Below are positions 21,001 to 30,113 of a stretch of 52,943 bases of DNA, piece by piece. Numbering within the stretch: position 1 is the first letter of the stretch; the number at the start of each line of letters is the position of its first letter. This DNA comes from Salisapilia sapeloensis CBS 127946 (Eukaryota > Protista > Oomycota), in the NCBI GenBank assembly GCA_023334545.1, contig JAADVB010000123.1, positions 1 to 52,943 of the forward strand, written 5' to 3'. The notes below the pieces were generated by a model that worked only from the letters and a program-made list of their open reading frames with translations, searched no databases and was not told the DNA's origin. The translations under genes were made by a program, and so were the position numbers.

Positions 21001-22932
21001 AGCACGGACGTCATCACCCGTCCGCTCATTCCGCCTAAGGCTAAGGCTAGCATGCACCACACGGACATGGCCACGAATCAAGAGACAAACACTGTGGCTG
21101 TGCTCCAGAAGCTCCGTGCTGCCTTTCGATACCCCATGCTTACACGCTTTGAGGACGTGAATCACGCTAGTGGCGCCTTCTTCCGAGGAGCCCACCCGAT
21201 GTGGATCTTGGGCGATCGTGGCATGCCGAGCTTTATCCCCATGAGCGTCGCAGCACACAAGGAGAAGAGTGTCGGTGTGCCTGTACTGAGCTTTACGCCC
21301 TTCCATCATGCAAATTGCCCCCACGGCTTCATCTACTTCCATTCGAAAGGAGTGCTACGTGTGTGTGAATTGCCGTCTAGACGCTCGACGACTATCTTGG
21401 GCGCGCACGGAGGTTTCGTACTGAAGAAAGCTCCTCTTGGACAGACACTTCACCACCTGATGTACTTAGGACAGAAAGGTCCTGGAGGTGTAGCAGAAGC
21501 GCTGGAGACACCGACATATGCGGTCGTGTGCAGCCACCGCCTGAGTCCGAAAGCAGCGGAGATGACGGCAGAGCAGGAGATGGAGGAAGAAGCAGAGGAA
21601 GGGGAGGTGGAAGACGCCGAGACAAAGGAAGAGGCTCGGATGAATGGACTGCGAGGGCAGATCATGGCGCCGACAGCCGAGTTGTTTCCGGAGTTTGAAG
21701 ACGAAGAAGACCTGGTGCATAATTCGGAAGAAGTGTATGAACTCCGACTCGTCCAGAAAGACGAATTTGGCGAGTGGGGACGTAAAGGTGTCTTCCGCAT
21801 CTTCTTTGAGCGATACGAAGTCGTCTTGTCTGTGCAGGTCATGTACCTCTTGGACTCTTCTTTAATGCGAGACGAGATCTCGTCCACTTCACGCGAGTAC
21901 CATGCTCGGAAGCGGCCGTATGTCGTCGTCGGCACTGGCTTCGTTGGACCGCATGGGGAAGACGAGAGTGGCAAAGGAAGGCTGTTGCTATACGAAGTCG
22001 ACTACGCGCAGTACGTGAATGAAGAAGGTAGCACGAGTAAAAAGCTACCAAAGCTAAAGCTGGTGTATATTAAAGACCACAGCCAAGGCGCCATCTCAAG
22101 CGTCGCTGCGCTCGGACCGTACGTCCTAGCTGCCGTCGGTTCCAAGCTCATCGTGTACGAGTTCAAGTCCGAGCAACTGGTCGGATGTGCCTTCTACGAC
22201 GCTCAGATGTTCATCGTGTCGTCCACGGTCGTGAAGAACTTTGTCCAGTACGGAGACGTGTACAAGAGCGTCCACTTCCTACGGTGGAAAGAACGGGAGC
22301 GACAGCTCGTGCTACTCGCCAAGGACTATGAGCGACTGGCGGTGACTGCGACCGAGTTCAGCGTGTCAGGAAGTAAGCTGGCGCTGCTGGCGACGGACAT
22401 GCAGGCGAATCTGCATGTGTTGCAGTATGCTCCCCAAGACATTGAGTCGAGGGGAGGTCAGCGGCTTATTCGTACGAGCGACTTTCATCTCGGAGCTCAG
22501 GTTGCTGCTATGCTGCGGAAGAAGGTGGACGGAGACGTGAGTGAACACAAGGGAGGATCTGTGTACGCGAATCTGCTGGCGAGCGCAGAGGGAAGCGTGT
22601 CAAGCGTGGTGCCCGTGGGCGAACGTGTCTTTCGAAGACTGTTTACACTGCAGAGCGTGATGATCACGACGCTGCCGCAGTGGGGTGCGTTGAATCCGCG
22701 CGAGTTTCGAGGTGTGGCGCCACATCATGAAAGTCGCCGACACGGAGGTCGACCGGACGCCTGGACCAAGTACAAGTGGCAGAAAGGTTTCCTCGAGTTC
22801 CGCATCCTCGTTCGGTTCTTGCATTTAGACTACGTCGCTCAGAAGGAGATTGCTCGAGTCATCGGTACGACGCCCGAAGTCGTGGTGCACAATTTGCTAG
22901 AGCTCCAGCACTATGCGATGCAATTCCTTTAA
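18085..22932 (+). CDS. CPSF1: Cleavage and polyadenylation specificity factor subunit 1 (CPSF160)
   Basis: Single-exon 1615-aa ORF with DPQCRC.AM, DIAFLEGYLEPTLAIL, GGVLVLS, LRPL...EL.GC.AMWT, RGAHPMW, FTPFHH.NCPHGFIY, GKGRLLLYEV, GDVYKSVHFLRW, LAKDY, GGQRLIRTSDFHLG, LNPREFR and LDYVAQKEIARVIGTTP. Confidence 0.96.
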   Translation: MGQHFLAHRELVHSTSVHHAVHAYLTNDSQTDLVIASPHHIRIYRVEPLHATRANEEILHLQASFPLSGAVQSLHVLSYDSVWLEKQQRRHRKRLAFKGGKDVLLLGVDGYKWVVVGFDRRDQKLQTLSMFAFNEEAMGPGATLKADKDGREQSLGISTLSAIRTDPQCRCSAMVMYGDQLVVVPFRTESRLLACFDDNDSDSEDEMEEENANGSGSPATTDEEDGDDTVANGVEEEEDDEEEKELEQLVHSNYKNQSYRGRDGMSKGQDANSRLRSLLDQSVKVGSKRKRKQQQHQDKDAHGLLASEVAGREFLLRLRAVGITGKVVDIAFLEGYLEPTLAILHEMQETSSTDGRFAAGYDTYCLSVLSINLQTRLHPIIWTVENLPSDSTQLFPCHKSLGGVLVLSTHALLYFNQTKYIGLAVSDFAQKTVNQSKFPLKAPHYFDEDGVIEMKLNVLLHNCCLDHVSDSEILLSFGEGEYFSLSFVGGREEMVLRKVEMQGRAIASCLTVDRKRGTVFVGSMCGDSTLYQYHANAIESDIATSQEDDDDEEDQLLYTASTSKSPVCPSRWYELHPVDALPGIGQITAMQVGVESSGETGDALEELVVSGGYLDQSSLSVLHHGLRPLVSTEQELTGCRAMWTVKSSVLSNGEEEGDETFDSYLILSVGQQTMVLRTSEDSMEPLEDSGFYTSGATLAASNLFGTDRIVQVFKQGVRLMMETKQEGKDEAQLVCTQELTLDGEIETGGMNVDTTNVGVVSVDVLDPYIVLMLTDGSIRVLMGDDDKELAVLDPDVYSKPFTNEGEKQSVSAACLFLDWAGMFQSNVQFESYDTPSIPLLSKKKAVPMCGLCFEDGSLHVYSLPDFERKGLFPYLTFAPQWLVNTSTSQAKPPKLGLNSCSVDNGAKKIGSINSPVADMLIQRVGPTEESHPNANIMSSMALIVFLANGDLLCYRTVPTYRRGSMSLVFQRVSTDVITRPLIPPKAKASMHHTDMATNQETNTVAVLQKLRAAFRYPMLTRFEDVNHASGAFFRGAHPMWILGDRGMPSFIPMSVAAHKEKSVGVPVLSFTPFHHANCPHGFIYFHSKGVLRVCELPSRRSTTILGAHGGFVLKKAPLGQTLHHLMYLGQKGPGGVAEALETPTYAVVCSHRLSPKAAEMTAEQEMEEEAEEGEVEDAETKEEARMNGLRGQIMAPTAELFPEFEDEEDLVHNSEEVYELRLVQKDEFGEWGRKGVFRIFFERYEVVLSVQVMYLLDSSLMRDEISSTSREYHARKRPYVVVGTGFVGPHGEDESGKGRLLLYEVDYAQYVNEEGSTSKKLPKLKLVYIKDHSQGAISSVAALGPYVLAAVGSKLIVYEFKSEQLVGCAFYDAQMFIVSSTVVKNFVQYGDVYKSVHFLRWKERERQLVLLAKDYERLAVTATEFSVSGSKLALLATDMQANLHVLQYAPQDIESRGGQRLIRTSDFHLGAQVAAMLRKKVDGDVSEHKGGSVYANLLASAEGSVSSVVPVGERVFRRLFTLQSVMITTLPQWGALNPREFRGVAPHHESRRHGGRPDAWTKYKWQKGFLEFRILVRFLHLDYVAQKEIARVIGTTPEVVVHNLLELQHYAMQFL

Positions 22933-23103
22933 TCGAAAGGTTGGGATACTTCAACGTAAAAGGAATAGATCAGAAGTTTTTTCTACTAAATCTTACCGGA
23001 AAAAAGAATAGTGGTAAAGGAGACTTTTCTTGAAGTTAGTAAAACGGTAGGTCGAGAGGCATTCGGTCACTGGCGTGCGAGGACACAACACCCCGACGTC
23101 GAC

Positions 23104-24288
23104 ATGAAAACGCCGTTCGAAGTAGCAAAAGCGGTGCCAGTCGCACATTTAGCCCATTGTAAAGACAAAGACTGCGAGTCTCCTGCCATGAAGAAGCGAG
23201 CGCTCTCCTTTAGCTCCTCCGTAGAGACGGAGGGCAGCCGACAGCTTGAAGACAATGATGGGCTCGTCTCAGATACCGATTCGTACCCTGGCGATCGATA
23301 TTCAGATAGTAGTACTTGCTCCTGGGGCGTCGCGGACCTCGAACTCCTGCACGTTGTCGGACGAGGAACCTTTGCCTCCCAAGTAGCGCTTGCGAGGCAC
23401 ACACACACACACAGGCTGTGTGTTATTAAAACGCTTCCCAAAGCGACGCTCGTTCGTCGGAATCAGGTGCAGCACACCATCACGGAGAAGCGCGTGCTCT
23501 CAGATACGTGCGCTTCCTGCCCCTTTATCGTCCAGCTACTGGGTGCCCAGCAGACGGCCGACGAGCTGCATTTCGTGCTCGAGTTCTGTGCCGGCGGAGA
23601 GCTCTTCTATCATCTCCAGCAGCAGGCGGATCAAAAGTTTAGTGAGCACGCGACGCGCTTCTATACTGCAGAGGTGTTGTCTGCGCTGGTAGAACTGCAT
23701 GATCGGAACGTCATCTATCGTGATCTAAAGCCTGAGAATGTGCTTTTGGATGGGTCTGGTCACGTGAAACTGGTGGACTTTGGTTTCGCGCGTATACTCT
23801 CGGGCAAGAGTGAACGCACGTATTCCTTTTGTGGATCGCCCGAGTACCTTTCACCGGAAATGGTCCGCAAGTCCGGGCATAGCCTCAGCACAGACATGTG
23901 GTCCTTTGGCTGCTTCCTGTACGAGCTCTTGACTGGGAACCCGCCCTTCCAAAGTAACGACATGAGTCGTCTCTTTGCCAAGATCGAAAAGGCGAATGTA
24001 TGGTATCCGCCAGAGCTTTCGAATCATGCCGTCAACCTCTTGACCAAGTGTCTCGAACCGGACGTTTCACGTCGTATCAGCGCGCGGGAAGCGATGGAGC
24101 ATCCGTTCTTTGATGCCGTGGATTGGAGAAAAGTCCATGGGAGGCAGATGGAGCCTCCTGTGAGGCCTTATGAGGATGGCGAGAACCACGTGATCAACTT
24201 TGACGATGAATTCACCAAAGAGCGTGTCGCTCCGTTGCGTCTCACGAGTCCTCGAGGTAATCAAGACGATGCTTTCGAAGGGTTCTAA
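23104..24288 (+). CDS. AGC-family Ser/Thr kinase (S6K/SGK/Akt-like, no PH domain)
   Basis: Motifs VGRGTF, VIK, EKRVL, LHFVLEFCAGGELFYHL, IYRDLKPENVLLD, DFGFA, SFCGSPEYLSPE, DMWSFG, HPFFDAVDW, NFDDEFT and terminal FEGF. First ATG at 23104. Confidence 0.92.
   Translation: MKTPFEVAKAVPVAHLAHCKDKDCESPAMKKRALSFSSSVETEGSRQLEDNDGLVSDTDSYPGDRYSDSSTCSWGVADLELLHVVGRGTFASQVALARHTHTHRLCVIKTLPKATLVRRNQVQHTITEKRVLSDTCASCPFIVQLLGAQQTADELHFVLEFCAGGELFYHLQQQADQKFSEHATRFYTAEVLSALVELHDRNVIYRDLKPENVLLDGSGHVKLVDFGFARILSGKSERTYSFCGSPEYLSPEMVRKSGHSLSTDMWSFGCFLYELLTGNPPFQSNDMSRLFAKIEKANVWYPPELSNHAVNLLTKCLEPDVSRRISAREAMEHPFFDAVDWRKVHGRQMEPPVRPYEDGENHVINFDDEFTKERVAPLRLTSPRGNQDDAFEGF
23398..23413 (+). repeat. (CA)8 microsatellite inside the kinase CDS (encodes HTHTH)
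   Basis: cacacacacacacaca read directly from the sequence. Confidence 0.9.
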
Positions 24289-24565
24289 GGACTGATGTGC
24301 ATCAGCAGGTACCTTGCAAGAGGCTACTGTACATGTAGGACAAAAATTACTTTGAAACTAGTTGGAATGTAAAATTTACTTTTATTAGTGTGAACTCTCA
24401 TGTGTTTTCTTTTCTTTTCCCTTTGCGTGTATTTTAGCAATTCACACATGTACCAGTTGTAAAGTTTGTCTTGTAAAACTTATAAGCTTCCTTAATTCGA
24501 TCAAAACAAATTTATGATGTAGTAAAACGGGACGATTGCGAGACTGGATTTGGCATGCTCGAAGG

Positions 24566-25393
24566 ATGCTCGAACCGCCGGTGAATCACTCTGCTTACCC
24601 GACTTATGCTGCAGCTAGAGAGGCTTTGGATGCGAAAGCCAAGTCTCAGGGGTATGCTTTGCGTGTCCAACGCACTCGGAACATGAACTTGGTGACGTCA
24701 GCATCGGATCCGGACGTGTCTAGCCTGAAAGACGGCCCTCCGAAGCAGTGGCTCATGTGCGTGCGTGGTGGCCACTATAGTAGTCAAAGTCGAGGTGTTC
24801 GGAGCGGAGCCGGGTCCATCCGAAGCGGTTGTAAATTCTTGCTCGTCCTGACGTACGTACAGGACAATCCAGAGGACCGAAAGTGGGTTCTCACCGTCCT
24901 CGAGGGCTCGCATAACCACGACGCGTCGGATCCGCAACGACTGTCCCAACTGCGAAACCGAGACCAAGATACTCGTCTCCGCATTCGAGTCCTATACGCT
25001 CTCAATTGGCGTCCAAAAGCGATTTTAAGGCAGTTACAAGAGGAAGGACGAGTGATTACCATTAAGGACGTGTACTGCGAACGAGCTGCGAGTAAAAAGA
25101 TGTCGGTGGAGGAGGTGGAAAGACTGAAAGCAGAGATGGGATTGGAGATGCAGCCGCCACTCTTACCGTCTAGTCTGAAGGAAGAAGCGAAAGACGACCA
25201 ATTGGAAGTACCTGTCAGATTGACGCCAAAGGATATGGTGGAAGCTGCCAAGGAGCAGACAAATTTCTTGCTACAGACATTTGACGAGGCGCCAGAGTTG
25301 CAGAATGTACCTGTCTCGAAAGAACAGGTTCGGCAGATCCATCAAGCTCTGGAAGCCGCGACGACTTTCGTCCGACAATCGAACGAATCGTAA
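24566..25393 (+). CDS. FAR1/MULE-transposase-type (WRKY-GCM1 fold) zinc-finger protein without DDE domain, copy 1
   Basis: MLEPP..AYPTYAAAREALDAKAKSQGYALRVQR...WLMCVRGG...SIRSGCKFLL...WVLTVLEGSHNHD. C-C-H-H ligands; no catalytic transposase region follows. Confidence 0.8.
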   Translation: MLEPPVNHSAYPTYAAAREALDAKAKSQGYALRVQRTRNMNLVTSASDPDVSSLKDGPPKQWLMCVRGGHYSSQSRGVRSGAGSIRSGCKFLLVLTYVQDNPEDRKWVLTVLEGSHNHDASDPQRLSQLRNRDQDTRLRIRVLYALNWRPKAILRQLQEEGRVITIKDVYCERAASKKMSVEEVERLKAEMGLEMQPPLLPSSLKEEAKDDQLEVPVRLTPKDMVEAAKEQTNFLLQTFDEAPELQNVPVSKEQVRQIHQALEAATTFVRQSNES

Positions 25394-25400
25394 AGTAATC

Positions 25401-26981
25401 TTATATTTGGTTTCGATGGGCCTTTTTCATCGTTTCAATCTTGTTTCGTCGCTGTCGAAGCTCATCTTCCGGTCTTTCTACTCGTTCGCCGATCTTGAGT
25501 CGAATCAATTCTCTCAGAATGTTCACAACGTCTGCCGACAGCCATCCTGAAGCTCTCGTACACTCCGGTCGAGTGCCAAATTCATCCAAAACTTGTTTAA
25601 ACTCGACTTCTTCTTCCATTAAGAAACAGATCTGGAAGAAACCATTGGCATTGGCAATTGGCGTACGGAAGATCATGTCAGGCGTCTCGGCGTCAGCACT
25701 CCTCTCGATTTTCGGACGTCGACGCTTGATATTGTTATTCGCATTGTTCAAACTGTTCTGATTCGAAAGAGCGTTGGAGCCCAAGACATGGGCGTTCGAG
25801 TCAGCGTTCACTGCATCCGACTGAGCGACGCGCTGCAGCTTGCGGCGACTGTCGTCTCGATGTCGCTTACGGCGAGGGACCACATCTTTCGCCTGTACTT
25901 GAGGCTGAAGGAGGGCACGCATATGGCGGACTTCAATCGCCTGGTACTGGTAGAAGGACGCGTCTGTCCTGGGGTCGACACCAAGTTTGATAAAGCAATG
26001 TCGCCATGGACCGTCCGTGATGACGTAGCAGAGCTGTCGCACGAGTCGCTTCGCTGCTCGGAGCTCGAGATCTTCCAAGTCGTAGAAGAAGGCGTCTCGT
26101 AACCATATAGGCTGCTGCTCGAGGCGACTGCGTAATACATCTAGCACTTTAGCGTCTAACGCGTCGTTCTGCAGTGCCGGTTCGCGAGAGAACGATGGAA
26201 TGTCCGTATCCAATTCAGACGGTGCTTGCTGATCCTGGAAGCGGATGATTTGTATCGCCTTATTGATCGACGGAGCTTCCGTCACGTCCTTTGCATTGTA
26301 TGCATTCGGACGGAACTCGTATGGGATGGGATGATCGATCTTAGAGAACACACCCGGGAGTATCTCGGTTTCGGAAACGGAATTGACATGCAGATACGGA
26401 CGTAGACCTTGAGCTATTTGGATCTCAGAAGAACTGACGTACGATCCTCCTGTTGCTACTGGTTGTGGCTCCTTGGCCATTTCAAGCACTTGCTTATGAG
26501 GCAGTGAGTGGTCATCGGACTCTGTTGGTGTCTGTGGGAAGTGGGCAGTTGAGGATGGATGAAAGCGACGGGAAGTGAGGTACTGAAAGTCTGCCATGCC
26601 GTCGCATATGAACTTTTCATTGGCAACACCAATGACTTGTGCACTCATCTCGCTACTATCTGCGCCTACTTCATTGGACATGTCGACATCCTCTTGAGTG
26701 GATGGACGGGGCTTCTTTTTGAGCTTAATCAGAATCGATTGCGTCGATGTTCGGTCTGCAAATATAGGCTTGCAAGAAGGTTCTTGCGGACGAAGTTTGA
26801 CAGGGAGAAATTGGCTTTTGGACGAGTGGGCTGCACGCAGATTGTCTACTCCATCAATCATCTCTAATGCTTTTTCATGATTCGATGCATACACTGGTAA
26901 TTCCACAGCGACAAGAGGATTCGATGAGCTTGCTTCGAGTGACAAGTAAACTTTTGAAGTTTCTGGGGCTGTGGCATCCAT
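25401..26981 (-). CDS. GTF3C5: TFIIIC subunit tau95/Sfc1 (GTF3C5)
   Basis: VAVELPVYASNHEKALEMIDG, LRPQEPSCKPI, IGVANEKFICDGMADFQY, LPGVFSKIDHPIPYEF, RLEQQPIWLR, YVITDGPWRHCFIKLGVDPR..., QAIEVR, QICFL and SGWL. First ATG is 26981; the ORF-track start at 27017 is GTG. Confidence 0.85.
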   Translation of the reverse strand: MDATAPETSKVYLSLEASSSNPLVAVELPVYASNHEKALEMIDGVDNLRAAHSSKSQFLPVKLRPQEPSCKPIFADRTSTQSILIKLKKKPRPSTQEDVDMSNEVGADSSEMSAQVIGVANEKFICDGMADFQYLTSRRFHPSSTAHFPQTPTESDDHSLPHKQVLEMAKEPQPVATGGSYVSSSEIQIAQGLRPYLHVNSVSETEILPGVFSKIDHPIPYEFRPNAYNAKDVTEAPSINKAIQIIRFQDQQAPSELDTDIPSFSREPALQNDALDAKVLDVLRSRLEQQPIWLRDAFFYDLEDLELRAAKRLVRQLCYVITDGPWRHCFIKLGVDPRTDASFYQYQAIEVRHMRALLQPQVQAKDVVPRRKRHRDDSRRKLQRVAQSDAVNADSNAHVLGSNALSNQNSLNNANNNIKRRRPKIERSADAETPDMIFRTPIANANGFFQICFLMEEEVEFKQVLDEFGTRPECTRASGWLSADVVNILRELIRLKIGERVERPEDELRQRRNKIETMKKAHRNQI

Positions 26982-28303
26982 CTCGCTGTAGAAATGCTCG
27001 AGTCTGTCTGGAGCCACTATCTGCGATCGTTTTCGGTCGGACCAAAGCTCAAGTATGGTTTTGTCTCCGTCTCAGCTATGCCAGGTATCTTGAAGAGATG
27101 GCAAGTTTCAATGGAAACCTGGATGTTGCGATGTGAAGAGCTTGCATCTTCGCTACGTAAATGACAAGCTATGCTTTATTAGATCGTGTGTGGGTTAATA
27201 GGCTTGGATGCATTCATCATGATCGAGTGTGAACGTGCTTGCGCCACCTTGGGACGTGTTTAAAGATTTCTAGCGTGTTGTGCTTGTCATCAAGATTCTC
27301 TTGAGGTTTCACTATCCATCAATGTCTTTTATTTACATGCGAAACATAGTAGAGATGAATGTGGATGTTTGTATGGCGTGAAAATTCTTGCTCACTTCAC
27401 TTTGTATGCCATCACTACTGCTGCTTCGAAACAGCGTTCTTTGCAATCTGCAGCATGGCCTCGCAAAAACTTTCCCTGCTTTGAGCACACCTTTTTAAGT
27501 AAAGTCATGAAGCTGTACGAGATCCAGAGACACCCAAAGATGATGATCTAGAAAGCTTGAAGGCATAGCCAGAAGCTAGTACCACGACGTGATTGACAAA
27601 TTCCATTTCGAATTTCTGGTGAGTAAAACTTGAATCCACTTTGAACCTTGGCTAAAATGTAACAAGGAATTTCCTAGCTCTGAATACGCTTGTCGCTTCT
27701 TCCCACTTAATTTCTACATTCTTAGCCATGCAACGGTATTTTTCATTTCTACTGAGTTTCATGCAAAGCAGTGGGCAGTGAGTAGCTTCCCTCCCTTCAT
27801 TGTCACCAACTAGAGTGAAGCGTTTCCGTGGCCATCTTGGCGAGGTACTAACTCGCATATTGCTTAACACAGTCAAACTCAAAGGGCAGTAAAGTGATCA
27901 AGAGGAGAACTAACAGCCTAGTGATATTTGTTCTCCCAAGCTGTAATCGTTGTTCGTCATTTGCCATGGGAGATTTTTTCAAGCAAGATCAACAGGTATG
28001 AAACTACCCTCAGTCGAAATTTCACATCATAGCACGCGTCGTCACAGTGATACCGATGATTGCAAGATGCATTCGACCGCCAACGATTGTCATGTAGGTA
28101 ATCAGGAGCGATCATACGTTTGAACGATCGGGGATGATATGAATACCATTTACGCATTTTCCAGCTACCAAGTACATCGCATTTAAAGATGAGTAGCGTG
28201 ATCATTCTGCGTGTCATATTGATATTAACGCTTGCAGTTGTTTTCAAGTTGAGAATAATGGCTCATGGGTTCAGTCTAGAGCATTTTAGGTTGGTTTCCG
28301 AAA

Positions 28304-29143
28304 GTGTATTCGCAAATGAAACAAATAGGATGTGTTATTAGAAGAATAAATCGCATTTTTGATGGCGAAGATGTTTACTGTGGGGACATATCATCCATGG
28401 TCGGTTTACGACTAGCAAGAGTGGTGCAAACTATTGTGGTGGAGTGTTGCTGTGTAGTAAATATGTGCTCACAGCAGCAAGCTGTAGTTTCATGGAGGAA
28501 ACCGATATGATCAAGAGGACACCTCGAGAAAAAAAATTAATACTATATATCTATTGGATCGGAAAAGCGCAAAGGCGAAGGGCAGGGTGAGCGCATTAAA
28601 GTAATAGATCGGCATGCGCATCCACAATGAACGCCGAGTGAACCGGGTCATGATGCGATGATTCTCGAGCTCGAAGAGTCTGTTTCGAAAAAGTATCAAA
28701 GCTTTCCAGATCTTGAAAGCAAGAACAAGTTAATGGATCGCATGTTTTACTCCAAGACATCCAAAGCTACAACGTTCGGATGGGAACACACCAAAGCTTA
28801 CCACGATAATCCTAAGAAAAAAAAAGCTTTGCTGAGACCTTCCATAGATCTAAAGACAACGGAACTGTCGTTGCTATCTCCGCGTAAATGCCAGGAATCG
28901 TATAACTACCAGATTACATACAAGATGGTTTGTGCTAAAACCAAGGTCAAGCGTCCAGACTCGAATCCTAAAAGTCCACCTTGTTATGGTGGCTCTGGCT
29001 CGCCTCTCCTCTTCCGACAGATGGTTATTGGTATCACGGCAAAAATAGATCCTACTTCATGCGGATACAAGCCCGCTGTTTTTGCTCGTATGTGGGCAAT
29101 CTATCGCTGGATTCAATCCACCATTAATCTTCCAAAAGCGTAA
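28304..29143 (+). pseudogene. Disrupted trypsin/chymotrypsin-like (S1) gene
   Basis: Reads NRIFDGE..MVGLR, then a frameshift, then NYCGGVLLCSKYVLTAASC, a second frameshift near the A-run at approx. 28530, then YISIGS..GQGERIKV...HPQ* (TGA 28628-28630), HDAMILEL, TTFGW, MVCA, PCYGGSGSPL and VFARM...YRWI. Confidence 0.82.
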
Positions 29144-30113
29144 CAAGTGAAATTTGGCAAAGAATAACTTTGCAATGCATTCATGTTTAGCTTTTAGCTT
29201 TTAGCTTTGTAGATAGATGTCAGGTCATAATGACTGACCTATAAAGTGACTAGACGATCTTGCCTGTTTTCGAGTTCCATAGGCATGTTTGACTGTACTG
29301 GGCACACAAGTTGTCTTTGAGAAGCATCAGCCTTTACATATGCGCAATGCGGACAATGGTTCGGTTGATGGCCAAAGCTTACTTGACATGTCCGTCTTTG
29401 CTTATCATGACTAGCATCTCTTGCTCTTTGACGGAAATTTAGTGCTATGGCTAGAATATTTTTCGTCCTTAGTTTATAGAAGGATCGTAGTGACATCCTA
29501 CCAAACCCTGAAAGATGTGGTAATACCAATTGCAAGATTCCAAGATCTTGTTCAGACTGTCCAAGTTACCATTGAAGTTAGATTGAAGCTGAGATCGTAG
29601 AAGACTTTTTCGTTTCTATTCGACATCAATGGAAATGAATATAGATAAAGAAACTGTATAATACACAGACATGACTGCGAGGCACGAGAGGAAGACAGGA
29701 AGAGGTTTTATGGATGAAAAAAGACAAACACTTGCCTCAATTTAAAGGTAGTAAGTATGCGAGACGACGACGGGAACTGTGGATATGAAGCCATGGAAAT
29801 GTCGAATCCATTGATGACCGACTTAGGCCGTGTTAACGATGAGAAACGGATATGACGAACGCGTTCGGCCCATCCATAGACTGATTTAAAGCGACCATCT
29901 AAACAAGATAATAAGCGAAAGCAAGTGCGCAACTAGTGACTGGATTAATCGGATTAAAATCCAATTTAAAAACGTACATGAACTTCATCATCAGAGTCCA
30001 AAGACTCTCATAGCAGACTTAAGTGGCATGCACAGCGCGAAAACCGAATACAAATGAAATACAACTTTTCTTTCCAAGCGATCGAATGGGCAATCCAGCT
30101 TCAACATAGAGCT

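Noticed and set aside
19960-21974. Several 170-215 aa antisense ORFs over CPSF1 (also over EFL1, DIS3, TTLL12 and CRAL-TRIO)
   Set aside because: These are shadow ORFs expected from GC3-rich sense codons. They have no motifs and are fully explained by the host CDS.
27369-27551. Possible second trypsin relic (TTAAS...RHPK)
   Set aside because: The spacing to a CGG motif is wrong and there is no Asp or GDSGG region. Chance resemblance is likely.
29290-29400. YAQCGQWFG, a CBM1-like fragment
   Set aside because: Only a few residues, surrounded by stops, with no signal peptide or remaining cysteines.
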